In this document: positions 34,962 through 44,425 of the stretch, piece after piece
How the letters are laid out: each line of letters starts with the position of its first letter
Position numbering within the stretch: position 1 is the first letter of the stretch
IMG/VR virus record: IMGVR_UViG_3300009370_000001
Source: a virus
Taxonomy: Duplodnaviria > Caudoviricetes
Length of the DNA: 64,000 nucleotides
Reading direction: 5' to 3' (one strand)
Translations under genes and position numbers: made by a program
Notes under the pieces: generated by a model
What the model was told of the DNA's origin: nothing
Database searches by the model: none
What the model saw: only the letters and a program-made list of their open reading frames with translations

Positions 34962-35413
34962 AATATTCATGGAAAGGCTTTCTTGGCGAAGGCAAAGAAT
35001 CAGAAGTTGGAATTGTTGCTTGTCTAAACGATGAGCAACAATTTCTTATTTTAAGACGTTCAGAGATGGATGATCGAGCAGGGCAATGGACAATGCCGGG
35101 AGGACATATTGATCCAGAAGACAGTTCTATAGAAGCCGGCACACTTCGAGAATTGAACGAGGAAGCTAATTTAACGTGTAAAATTAGTAATTTAATGTAT
35201 TTGGGCTCTCCAAAAAAGAAAAAATACTATTTTTTGGCTCTTAAGTGGTCGGGAGAAGTAAGTGTAGATAAGCCAAATCCAAAAACTGACGAAATTGAAC
35301 ACGATGACTACAAATGGGCAACAATTAATGAGATAAAAGACATTGACGATACTAATATTCCGATCTATTTACTGGAGAAAGCTTTAGAAATCCAAAAGGA
35401 AGGTGAAGAATGA
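34958..35413 (+). CDS. NUDIX hydrolase with leader-like N-terminus
   Basis: PGGHIDPEDSSIEAGTLRELNEE Nudix box; N-terminus MKYSWKGFLGE. Confidence 0.9.
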   Translation: MKYSWKGFLGEGKESEVGIVACLNDEQQFLILRRSEMDDRAGQWTMPGGHIDPEDSSIEAGTLRELNEEANLTCKISNLMYLGSPKKKKYYFLALKWSGEVSVDKPNPKTDEIEHDDYKWATINEIKDIDDTNIPIYLLEKALEIQKEGEE

Positions 35414-35667
35414 GGTTTTTAACACTATTTTTGATGTTCTCGACCACTGCGATGGCAGACACGCCAGAAGAACCAACAAACGAGCGACAAATCGTTTACA
35501 AACAACGCACAGAAATTGACTTTGAAGGTCTTGAAATCGAGGGAACACTCGTTCGACCTCAAGGCGCCCTAATCTTAGACAGAACGGCTGGATCATTTAA
35601 TCCTCTTATCCGTTTAAGAATGGATTTCGAGCCAGAATTAAACAACTCGGTGAATTACATAAAATGA
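35410..35667 (+). CDS. Adventurous gliding motility protein CglF/GltF-like secreted protein
   Basis: Signal peptide; IVYKQRTEIDFEGLEIEGTLVRPQG...FNPLIRLRMDFEPELNNSV matches the recalled myxobacterial CglF/GltF pattern. Confidence 0.75.
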   Translation: MRFLTLFLMFSTTAMADTPEEPTNERQIVYKQRTEIDFEGLEIEGTLVRPQGALILDRTAGSFNPLIRLRMDFEPELNNSVNYIK

Positions 35668-35761
35668 AAACTCTCGATAAAGCTTTAGAAGAACTTTCAG
35701 CCGCAGAACTGGCGGAATACGAAGAAGTCATCGAACTTTGGATTACATATGGTGGCGACTG

Positions 35762-36256
35762 ATGAAACTTATAATGGAAAATTGGCGGCGTTATTTAACA
35801 GAACAAGAAGCTTCTTGGGGAGACTGGACAATTGAAGAACTCGAAGACTTAATTAAAAATGCTCGTGAAGAAGAGAATGTACAAGCCAAAAAATGGCTTG
35901 GGAAAACAATGGGTATTGAATTTATAAAACTCATTCCTGTTCTTGGTCACGCATTAACTGGAGGTGAGGTCTTGAGCGGTCTTTATAAGAAGCACAAGCG
36001 ATCTGAGGCAGAATCCGATGATAATCCTGAAGATTTTCCAATTTTAGATATTTTAGACGTCGATCCTTATCTTATTCAAACACTCGATCAAGAAATTTTA
36101 AATAGTATTGATGAAGAATATGAAAAATATTTACATGGCTTGCCGGCCGGAACGCGCATAAAAGACATCACCGATATTAATGATTTTATTCGAGGAATCG
36201 TTGCGCGCCAAACGAAGAAGCATGTTACCATTGTTGATCAAAGCGGAGAAGGTTAA
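35762..36256 (+). CDS. Leader-bearing hypothetical protein
   Basis: MKLIMENWRRYLTE. Confidence 0.75.
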   Translation: MKLIMENWRRYLTEQEASWGDWTIEELEDLIKNAREEENVQAKKWLGKTMGIEFIKLIPVLGHALTGGEVLSGLYKKHKRSEAESDDNPEDFPILDILDVDPYLIQTLDQEILNSIDEEYEKYLHGLPAGTRIKDITDINDFIRGIVARQTKKHVTIVDQSGEG

Positions 36257-38856
36257 TGATCAAGGTCCGTATTGGAAAAAAGAAATCGCATTGCGGCGAA
36301 GCCAAGAAAATAGGCTTTGGTCAGGGCACACCTCCAAAAGGTGAATGGTATAAGAAGCAAGAGATCGTCGTTGAAGACACAAAACTCCTCCGCGAACTCA
36401 CTGAAGACGAGCTTGAGCGCGCGCTAGCTGCCGTCGAGGAAATCGATCCCGACGAATTGGCTTTTAACCAAATCTTTGGCGATAAAAAGCGCCTCGTTAT
36501 TGATTTTCCTGTCGCTAATTTAGATTCAGAAGCGGGACGCTTCATTAACATGTGGGGCGATCTGGATGATGTGGAGACCGGCAGCGGCTATAGCGCCGAT
36601 TGGCAAAAAGGAATTATCTCAGGACTGCGCACTATCAAAGATGAAAGTCTTGTTGGTGTGCCTGCCGAGATAGAGCGCGCCGCGTTTGGTTTCGGTGGCG
36701 AGAAAGAAAAAGGCCCGAAACAGAAGAAAGTCCAAATGAAAATTGGAAAATTCTTTGCCAAAATACACGATTTAGCCACAAAGCGTCAAGAGATTATTCA
36801 ACTATATTGGAAAAAGCACCACGAAAAGCATTTTAAAGGCGACCGACCTTATAGAGGGGGCCAAGCAAACTTTTCTCACATTCCAGTCGGAGAGATCCGA
36901 GACCTAATTGGAGACGAAAAAGTGGAGCGTTACGATCAACTGACCAATCAGCTTAAAATGTATTTAGGCACCAAAGGAATGACCCGATTTGCCCAATTTC
37001 CAGACACCGCCCTCCGCGCTGGCGAATACTGGCAGAAAAACGCAGGTTTTATTAAGAAAAACATCGACGGGATGACTAACGATAAATACGCCATCGTTAT
37101 TACGCGTGATCCAGTCGATATGTTTCGCATGAGCGACTTCAATCAAATTACTTCATGCCACTCTCCACCATCAAGACCTTCGGAATCGGGCAATTCATAT
37201 TATAAATGCGCGGTTGCTGAGGCTATGGGTCACGGAGCAGTCGCCTATGTAGTCGACAAGACCGATTTGCTGGCTGCTGCTGACGCTGAGGCGCTTCCAG
37301 AAGCAGAAGACAATATCCAGGAAGGAGAACTTTTTGCGGACGAGACACGGGGCTCTCACGTCGGTTATGAAATGGATCTGGTTCCGCTCTCGCGCATTCG
37401 TTTGCGTCAGTATCGCTATTACGACAGCACCGCTCTAGCAACTGACGCAGCAGACTATGCAAAACCTAGCATTGAAGGCGGCACACAACTGGCTGTGCCT
37501 GAAATTGGAACCACACCATATGGTCTTAATATCCCAGGCTTCCTTGAACGCTTAGAAGGCTGGGCGAGAGAAAACCAGCAAGAGGCCATGACCCAAGTAC
37601 CCAAGACGAGCAAAGGTAAAATAGAGTCGGGAGCCTTTGTACTTTATGGAGGAGCTTATGAAGAAGCTAGAACGAGCGGAGGCATGGGCCGCCGCAAAAT
37701 GCTTGCAAGCTTTTTTGAAGTGCGCTTTGATGAAATGACAGGCGAGCCTCGACAAGACACGTCGACGGAACGCAAACTGCCAAAAGATATTGGAAAAGGA
37801 ATAATTGAGTTTACTGAAGAAGCAGTCGCACGAGTTGCGATGCAATGGAATGACTCTTGGCATCGGAGTTCACCCGGAACTGCCGAACACCCAGGCATGC
37901 AGGTCTTCGCCCGAGTAGAAGACATGGGACAAAACGAGGATGGCGGATATGATTTTGCTATCGAGGGATCCGCAGTGATGCGTGTATTTTGGGATGCCGA
38001 TGAGTGGGAGAGGCTACCAAGAGCCGATGAGACAGATTGGATAGATCGCGAGGTTGCAGAATATGGCTTTGGCTTTGTTCAGGATTTAGTGGTCATTAGG
38101 CGTGGAGATATGATATATGCTAAATTCGATATTAACAATAATGGGGTTTATAATCTCTATCATTACGGTACGTCTATCGAAGTTGATTTAGTACATACTG
38201 GGGTAACTCACTCGCCAGACGGCTTCGAAGAATATTGTCTGGAAATTAACAAGATAGATGATGTTCGAGAAGGACTCAAGGCTGTTCTCTCCACCTTTTT
38301 TAAACGCCAAGGCTGGCTTCAAGGGGGCGCCTACATGCAGTTAGCCATGGATATTGAAAACGACGAACTGACCTCTTATGAATGGGATCTCCGAACAGAC
38401 GGAGAATATGAAGACTCCTATGAAGCCACCGCCACCGTTACACATGACTTTGATCCCGAAGAGTTAAATATCAATCCTGAAGTGTTATTGGGGATTCTTG
38501 AAGACCGGGAATTTAGATTGCTGGTACGCACTCAATTCTTGCATGCGTTGCAGAAAACGACAGGCATAGACTTTCAGTTGGATATCGTGCCCGAGAAAGT
38601 AACGAATATTGGTGGGACGCTGCGGTTTCCATTTACTTTTCAAGTTACAGCCGATGACCCCACTGAACGTGTAGAATTATTTCGCGCTCTCGTTGAAGAG
38701 ATCGACGACGAAGATGATATTGCGGCGCGCTTCGAGAAAGCGATGGCTCACGCACTAAACAACATGAAGCCCGTAGCGTATCGACAGAATTTGGACGAGA
38801 ACAAAAAATATGATGCCGATTGGGCACTAAAAAGATGGAAACAAAATTTTAACTAA
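36256..38856 (+). CDS. 866-aa hypothetical protein, probable virion component
   Basis: Long ORF; LLRE/LTE motifs near the N-terminus; ITRDPVDMFRMSDF...SCHS...CAVAE block. Confidence 0.75.
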   Translation: MIKVRIGKKKSHCGEAKKIGFGQGTPPKGEWYKKQEIVVEDTKLLRELTEDELERALAAVEEIDPDELAFNQIFGDKKRLVIDFPVANLDSEAGRFINMWGDLDDVETGSGYSADWQKGIISGLRTIKDESLVGVPAEIERAAFGFGGEKEKGPKQKKVQMKIGKFFAKIHDLATKRQEIIQLYWKKHHEKHFKGDRPYRGGQANFSHIPVGEIRDLIGDEKVERYDQLTNQLKMYLGTKGMTRFAQFPDTALRAGEYWQKNAGFIKKNIDGMTNDKYAIVITRDPVDMFRMSDFNQITSCHSPPSRPSESGNSYYKCAVAEAMGHGAVAYVVDKTDLLAAADAEALPEAEDNIQEGELFADETRGSHVGYEMDLVPLSRIRLRQYRYYDSTALATDAADYAKPSIEGGTQLAVPEIGTTPYGLNIPGFLERLEGWARENQQEAMTQVPKTSKGKIESGAFVLYGGAYEEARTSGGMGRRKMLASFFEVRFDEMTGEPRQDTSTERKLPKDIGKGIIEFTEEAVARVAMQWNDSWHRSSPGTAEHPGMQVFARVEDMGQNEDGGYDFAIEGSAVMRVFWDADEWERLPRADETDWIDREVAEYGFGFVQDLVVIRRGDMIYAKFDINNNGVYNLYHYGTSIEVDLVHTGVTHSPDGFEEYCLEINKIDDVREGLKAVLSTFFKRQGWLQGGAYMQLAMDIENDELTSYEWDLRTDGEYEDSYEATATVTHDFDPEELNINPEVLLGILEDREFRLLVRTQFLHALQKTTGIDFQLDIVPEKVTNIGGTLRFPFTFQVTADDPTERVELFRALVEEIDDEDDIAARFEKAMAHALNNMKPVAYRQNLDENKKYDADWALKRWKQNFN

Positions 38857-38867
38857 AGGAAGAGAAA

Positions 38868-39518
38868 ATGAGAAAGAGATTAATCGAAGCATGTGCATTT
38901 ATGCTTTTGTTAGTAGCATGCACAACGTTAGTGTTTGGTATTGCAGGATGCAAGCCCAAGTTAACTACCGACGATAGCACAACCCCACCTATCCCCCAGG
39001 TAGATGATTCTGCTATTACAATTTCCCCCACCGATAGCGATGATCGCTCTTGGGTAACTTGGGAGACTTGTTCACAAAAACCAGGAGATCATCCCTGTGA
39101 TTTTGAATTGATGGATCAGCATGGAGATATGGTGAGTCTATACGATTATCACGGAAAGGTTATTGTAATTGATCTGTCAACAATTTGGTGTGGGGTGTGT
39201 AACAACATCGCACAAGAAGGTGATGAGTGGCTCAATGATTATGGTGCGGAAAACTTTATCTGGCTAACTATCTTAATTGATAATGCTACAGGCGATCCTC
39301 CCACATTAGCTGATATCCAGCATTGGGCTACGGTATACGGCATCGAAGTGCCTGTGCTAGTAGGCGACCGAAGCTTAGTAGATCTAACCGCTGAAACGGG
39401 TTATCCGTGCACCGGTTGGCCAACACTAGTTGTAATCGACCGAGAGATGGTTTTACAATACGGTATTAATGGATGGAATGAAACAACCATTCGTGGGTGG
39501 GTGCAAAGTCTGTTATGA
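38868..39518 (+). CDS. Thioredoxin-fold (TlpA/AhpC-TSA-like) lipoprotein
   Basis: Lipobox GIAGC; DFELMDQHG, STIWCGVC (CxxC), GWPTLVVID. Confidence 0.88.
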   Translation: MRKRLIEACAFMLLLVACTTLVFGIAGCKPKLTTDDSTTPPIPQVDDSAITISPTDSDDRSWVTWETCSQKPGDHPCDFELMDQHGDMVSLYDYHGKVIVIDLSTIWCGVCNNIAQEGDEWLNDYGAENFIWLTILIDNATGDPPTLADIQHWATVYGIEVPVLVGDRSLVDLTAETGYPCTGWPTLVVIDREMVLQYGINGWNETTIRGWVQSLL

Positions 39519-40084
39519 TGTCCTTGTTGCTACTCTTGGGGTGCACCAACGCGCCTGTCATCGTAGTGCAAGAGACAACTACGCATGAAGAACGCCAACT
39601 CCATAAAGTATCAGAGACTATTGATGCTTCGTTCTTTAATCGTGGCCCACAAAGTCAAGGAGGATGGCAGGGCACCCCCGACATCCGTGTGTGCACCACC
39701 GCACCCATTTCTCAGCGGAGAGTAGAAAAAGGACTTGACTTTTGGCGAGAACTAGGTTATAGTTTTGGTAGGATATATTATAATGATGTATCGAGACATT
39801 GTATTGAAGATATATTTTCATATAATACAATAATCATTGATTTGATTGACGGAACACACAGAGAGCCAGCGCTCGCCACCACAACGTCGTGGATTGACCG
39901 AGAAACCCGAGAGATTTTGAAAGCCAAAATTGCGCTTAAAAATACATGGGGCGAAGCCGACCGAATTCTAGAACACGAGCTTGGGCATGCGCTAGGCTGG
40001 CTCGACTATAATCAAACTGGTCATATTATGCACCACGAATGGAGTCGAGGAGGACTAAATACCATGGGAGTGGAAGTCCAATGA
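39515..40084 (+). CDS. Matrixin/metzincin-like metalloprotease lipoprotein
   Basis: Lipobox LLLGC; HELGHALGWLD (HExxHxxGxxD) followed by the Met-turn HIM. Confidence 0.8.
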   Translation: MMSLLLLLGCTNAPVIVVQETTTHEERQLHKVSETIDASFFNRGPQSQGGWQGTPDIRVCTTAPISQRRVEKGLDFWRELGYSFGRIYYNDVSRHCIEDIFSYNTIIIDLIDGTHREPALATTTSWIDRETREILKAKIALKNTWGEADRILEHELGHALGWLDYNQTGHIMHHEWSRGGLNTMGVEVQ

Positions 40085-40710
40085 AACTTTTAATGGAAAA
40101 TTGGCGAGAGTTTTTGAATGAGACCTCACCTCCTTTTGAAGAGATTCAATCTATTATTGATCAAAATCCTTATTTAAAAGGCAAAGTTAGTGCAACTGAG
40201 GAGACAGTCTACGATATGGGGGATAAATATCTCCTGATGTCGGGGGTTTCCCACATAGCCGAGCGCCACCAAGATAAATGTTTTCCAGGCTCTCTTTTTC
40301 TCCAAGATGAGGAAGTGATAAAGAAAGCAATTCTCAATATTGTAGCCCAAATGCCCCCTGCGGAAGGAAAAGCGCTAGCTATGCCTTCGGGGATTTCTGG
40401 ACTTGGAATGGAGAGATTAGTCAAAACAACACCTGAAGAAGTCGCCGGACTTGAAGATTACACGATGAATGATGGTACAATTGTTAAAATTAAACGCGAA
40501 GGCAATAATCCCGGGCAAGTAACCGATAAATTAACAGTTATTGCTCCCTCTATTGGCAACATAGGTGGAAAGCCTCTACTTTCTCTAATAACTGCGTTTC
40601 CGGGTTTCATGGGAACTGGGCGCGGCGGTGACGGAGATATTGAGATCCTTGACCGCAGCGATTTTACAAAAAATGGATATTATTTTTTAATCCCAGAGGA
40701 TTGTAAATGA
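40081..40710 (+). CDS. Leader-bearing protein with RNase-toxin-like motifs
   Basis: MKLLMENWREFLNE; GVSHIAERH...GSLF and C-terminal LITAFP. Confidence 0.55.
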   Translation: MKLLMENWREFLNETSPPFEEIQSIIDQNPYLKGKVSATEETVYDMGDKYLLMSGVSHIAERHQDKCFPGSLFLQDEEVIKKAILNIVAQMPPAEGKALAMPSGISGLGMERLVKTTPEEVAGLEDYTMNDGTIVKIKREGNNPGQVTDKLTVIAPSIGNIGGKPLLSLITAFPGFMGTGRGGDGDIEILDRSDFTKNGYYFLIPEDCK

Positions 40711-41153
40711 AACTCCTACTTGAAAATTGGCGGAAGTATTTGACGGAGACAATCGGATTAGACGATAATCCTGATTTATCACAAGACGGCTTTGAAACGG
40801 CAAAATTGCCTATTCCCTTAGAATTTAGATATGCAGAAACAGACGAGACCATTGAAACAAAAGAAGGTCCAGTAAACGCAACCGCCGGCGATGCTATCAT
40901 GACCGGCACTGAAGGTGAACAATGGCCGATCCCCGCAGAGAAATTTGCAGAGACTTATGATGATTTAGGCGACGGAACAGCCGCAAAGAAAAACATTCCT
41001 GTTTTTGCTAAAGAAATGGCTGAGCCCTTCCAAGTTAAAGTATCATGGTCAGATGATTTATTACAAGGCGAAGCAGGAGACTATTTAGTTCAATACGGCG
41101 TGGGTGACTACGGCGTTGTGGGCAGAGAAATATTTGGAAAAACATATAAATGA
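40707..41153 (+). CDS. Leader-bearing PGDYG-family protein
   Basis: MKLLLENWRKYLTE; TKEGPVNATAGDAIMTGTEGEQWPI...FAETY; AGDYLV. Confidence 0.8.
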   Translation: MKLLLENWRKYLTETIGLDDNPDLSQDGFETAKLPIPLEFRYAETDETIETKEGPVNATAGDAIMTGTEGEQWPIPAEKFAETYDDLGDGTAAKKNIPVFAKEMAEPFQVKVSWSDDLLQGEAGDYLVQYGVGDYGVVGREIFGKTYK

Positions 41154-41878
41154 AACTCCTACTTGAAAATTGGCGAGAGTTCATAAATGAAAACCAAGAA
41201 GGATCTGGGCTGCTTTACCACGCCACCTTGTCTGGTGAGAATAACAGCATTGTTCGTTCATTTATTGATAACGGGATCGATCCAACGCGCGCTGGGGGCT
41301 TTGGTCAAGGTGGAGGCTTCTATCTTTGGACCGATATAAAGGATGCCCATCATTATATTAAAGGCTTGGTTTACGGCATGAAGGGCGCTTCGAAAGAGGA
41401 GGAGGTCGAAGGCAAGCCCATTATAGTAGTGGTTGACGAACCAGTTACTCCTCAAAACTTTGATATTGATTATGAACTGTATGCTAAGGGGCTTATTGGT
41501 TTTATCGAAGGTAACCTTGATTACTTTAAACAAAATGGTGAAGCCCTAGGTATTATAACAAAAAAGCTTGACAGTCATTTGAGTGTTGATAAAAAAGCAC
41601 TTGGCCTCCAGGGCGGGAGGAAGACTGTTGCTCGATGGGATTCTCGCGCTTCGTGGGATAGTGACATACATGGAGAAGACTACGGAATTGATATTGGCAC
41701 TGGTGAACTGTTGGGAATGGTGGCATCTAAACTTCATGAATTGGACCCCACAAAATATGAAGAGTTTGAGAAGCAGGCTCTCCCGCCTGCCCGGGCTTTA
41801 AAATACAATGGCGAAACAAAGATTTGGCCATTACGCATTGAAGATGCCGAAGGCAATGTTCTGTGGAGCAGAGAATGA
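41150..41878 (+). CDS. Leader-bearing ADP-ribosyltransferase-fold protein (H-Y-x clade)
   Basis: MKLLLENWREFINE; LYHAT...NGID...GFGQGGGFYLWTDIKDAHHY. Confidence 0.65.
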   Translation: MKLLLENWREFINENQEGSGLLYHATLSGENNSIVRSFIDNGIDPTRAGGFGQGGGFYLWTDIKDAHHYIKGLVYGMKGASKEEEVEGKPIIVVVDEPVTPQNFDIDYELYAKGLIGFIEGNLDYFKQNGEALGIITKKLDSHLSVDKKALGLQGGRKTVARWDSRASWDSDIHGEDYGIDIGTGELLGMVASKLHELDPTKYEEFEKQALPPARALKYNGETKIWPLRIEDAEGNVLWSRE

Positions 41879-42501
41879 AACTCCTACTTGAAAATTGGCG
41901 GAAGTTTTTAAACGAGAAAAAATGGGAAGACTTTGATCATCCCAAGAATCAATGGGCCGATGTTTCACCCAGTGATATCAAAGCCGCACAACATCCGATT
42001 AATGTAGACTTATCTGATGAATTATATGATCTGATTGATGTTGCATATGCTGCCATAGGAGGCAATTTTGATTTTGCTAACTCTGGCGATCTTCCTGGCG
42101 ATCATGATCAGTGGGGAGCTATTGACATCGATGATGATCCGGAACCAGATGCACTTCGTGTTTCCAAAACAAAGCCGGCCGGCTCAAAGATGACTGTCGC
42201 AGGTCATGACGGGTCCAAGTCTGGAAAAGATGCCTATATTAGCAGGACTGCCGAATTATTATCACAACCGGGACACTATGCGGAAATGTCCAAGAAAATT
42301 GCGGATATTATGATAAAATATTATGATATCCCGGCGGTCACCGACCCCGAAAAAGTACAGCAAGTATTGGGTCCTAATAAGTCTATCAAATGGCTCGGAC
42401 CCCACCCAGAAGGAAAGCATCCTGGCATTGACGGCTGGTATACGAGAGACATCGGTCCCAATAAAGATATTCTCAAGATTATGCTTGGGAATCCAAAATG
42501 A
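41875..42501 (+). CDS. Leader-bearing conserved phage hypothetical protein
   Basis: MKLLLENWRKFLNE; LIDVAYAAIGG, IDIDDDPEPDA, GHDGS blocks. Confidence 0.75.
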   Translation: MKLLLENWRKFLNEKKWEDFDHPKNQWADVSPSDIKAAQHPINVDLSDELYDLIDVAYAAIGGNFDFANSGDLPGDHDQWGAIDIDDDPEPDALRVSKTKPAGSKMTVAGHDGSKSGKDAYISRTAELLSQPGHYAEMSKKIADIMIKYYDIPAVTDPEKVQQVLGPNKSIKWLGPHPEGKHPGIDGWYTRDIGPNKDILKIMLGNPK

Positions 42502-42947
42502 AAATTCTATTTTTACACGGACTTGAATCAACCCCAGGCGGAAGAAAGCCCACGACCATCTCAGATGCTGGCTACGAAGTGATTGAGCCAATTCTTCCTG
42601 CGAACAGTTGGAACGATAGTATCAGCGCAGCCCAAGAGGCATATGATGAAGAACAACCAGATATCATAGTTGGTTCGTCCCGGGGAGGAGCAGTTGCTAT
42701 GGCCGCTAATCTTCCTGCACGTAAAATGATTTTAATTGCGCCGGCGTGGAAAAAGTATTGCCCTGGTTGTACTATTGCTCCCAATACAATTATTCTTCAT
42801 TCGCCTGATGACGAGGTAATAGCCTTTGCAGACAGCAGACTATTGTCGAAGATGTTCGGCGCCGAACTAGTTATAGCGGGCGATGACCACCGCATGAATG
42901 ATAGCGGAGCATTGGCTAAGATGATGCAGGCAATAGATAACTCATGA
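42498..42947 (+). CDS. YqiA/UPF0227-like alpha/beta hydrolase (esterase)
   Basis: LFLHGLES, VGSSRGG nucleophile elbow, HSPDDEVI (Asp), GDDHRM (His). Confidence 0.88.
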   Translation: MKILFLHGLESTPGGRKPTTISDAGYEVIEPILPANSWNDSISAAQEAYDEEQPDIIVGSSRGGAVAMAANLPARKMILIAPAWKKYCPGCTIAPNTIILHSPDDEVIAFADSRLLSKMFGAELVIAGDDHRMNDSGALAKMMQAIDNS

Positions 42948-42979
42948 AACTCCTACTTGAAAATTGGCGAGGGCTATAA
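42944..42979 (+). pseudogene. Orphan leader stub MKLLLENWRGL*
   Basis: Identical leader DNA truncated by TAA, immediately followed in frame by ATG 42980. Confidence 0.8.
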
Positions 42980-44425
42980 ATGGCAATAACTCTAGAATAT
43001 ATGAGGCGTAAACAAAAACAACTGGAAAGAAAAATGCGGCGCGAAGCTGAATTGGAAGCTGAAAAAGAGGCAGAACGAGTTGCTGAGATAGAGGCCGAAC
43101 TTCGCGAACAGGAAGAAATTGCTGCAAGGGCGCGCCTTCTTGTGGAACAACAGGAAGATAAGCGCCTTCATCAGAGGTATCTTAAAAGAAAGCAAAAAAT
43201 AGCAGATCAAAAATGGGATAACCAGTTTGACGCTTTAATGACTCAGATAAAAAATCAAACCCAAAAGGATAATAAGCTTGAAGAAATAAGGTTTATAATC
43301 CAAAATCGCGAACCCTCTCTTCAACAGCTTGATTGGGATACGTGGTTATCCGTTCCTTTCAATCAAAGGCTCGCTGAATTGGATTTTGAGCGGGCGATGG
43401 AAATGTTTAAGCGCGATAATCTAATGTCTGCACGGCGTAAGAAAACGCGCGGGAAGTCTCCCAAGATCGATGCTGCTGTTAATTATGCATTATCATTCAC
43501 TGGCAATGATGCAGTAGGCGCCCGCGCAGATTTGGTCGCAACATCGTTTACTCCTAATGATCCTACAAATAAAGGCTTTTCAAGTTCTGACAGAAAACCA
43601 CTTGCAGAATCAGGATTTACTATATCATTTTGGTGGAGACCAGACCAAAACTATCAGGATTCATTTCCTATTGGCTGGAAAAGAGATACACATGCCAGAT
43701 TTGACTTTGGAATAAGAAATGCATCAAAACCATGGTTTGGTTTAGGCAGTTCAGAATTAAAAGGCGTAACTTGGGAAACTATGTTTGATGATTCAGGTAA
43801 TTCAGATTTAAAAAACACATTATTGGATAGTGGCGAAGGAACAGACCCCGGCTCTGGTAATCATTTAATACTGGGTAAATGGTATCATCTTGTAGCAACA
43901 TATGCAGGTACTGATAATCCTGATGGTGATGGTTACATGCTCCGTAAAATATATTTAAATGGATATCACATATATGGGGGATTTGGTGAAGCAAAGCAAT
44001 CTGTGAACTGGACGAGCCACACTGGCGCTCAGATGGCCCGGGGTTTAGCTTTTGGTATGCGCGTAGTAGTAGCTTCAGGAACGGACTCAGAATCAGGACT
44101 AAGAAATGCTAAATATAACAACGGAAACGCATGTGGGCTTGATGAAATAGCTATTTATAGTGAAGCCAAAGATGCCGATTGGGTTACGAATGTATATAAT
44201 GGTGGTGTGGATTACAATCATAAAGATTCGGGCGGCGATGGTCTTGTAGGATATTGGAGACTTAATGAAGGTAATGGAAATACTGTTAAAGATTTATCAG
44301 GATATGGTTGGCACGGAACATTCACTAATGCTTCATACGGAACAAAGATTGATGCCGCTATAGCCGATCTACCACCTTCAGGAACACCAACTTGGATCAA
44401 GGTACCAACAGGATACGGTCAATAA
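42980..44425 (+). CDS. Coiled-coil + LamG/concanavalin-A-like domain protein
   Basis: E/R/K-rich N-terminus; FTISFW, WYHLVATY, IYLNG, GLDEIAIY, LVGYWRLNEGNGNTVKDLSG. Confidence 0.85.
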   Translation: MAITLEYMRRKQKQLERKMRREAELEAEKEAERVAEIEAELREQEEIAARARLLVEQQEDKRLHQRYLKRKQKIADQKWDNQFDALMTQIKNQTQKDNKLEEIRFIIQNREPSLQQLDWDTWLSVPFNQRLAELDFERAMEMFKRDNLMSARRKKTRGKSPKIDAAVNYALSFTGNDAVGARADLVATSFTPNDPTNKGFSSSDRKPLAESGFTISFWWRPDQNYQDSFPIGWKRDTHARFDFGIRNASKPWFGLGSSELKGVTWETMFDDSGNSDLKNTLLDSGEGTDPGSGNHLILGKWYHLVATYAGTDNPDGDGYMLRKIYLNGYHIYGGFGEAKQSVNWTSHTGAQMARGLAFGMRVVVASGTDSESGLRNAKYNNGNACGLDEIAIYSEAKDADWVTNVYNGGVDYNHKDSGGDGLVGYWRLNEGNGNTVKDLSGYGWHGTFTNASYGTKIDAAIADLPPSGTPTWIKVPTGYGQ

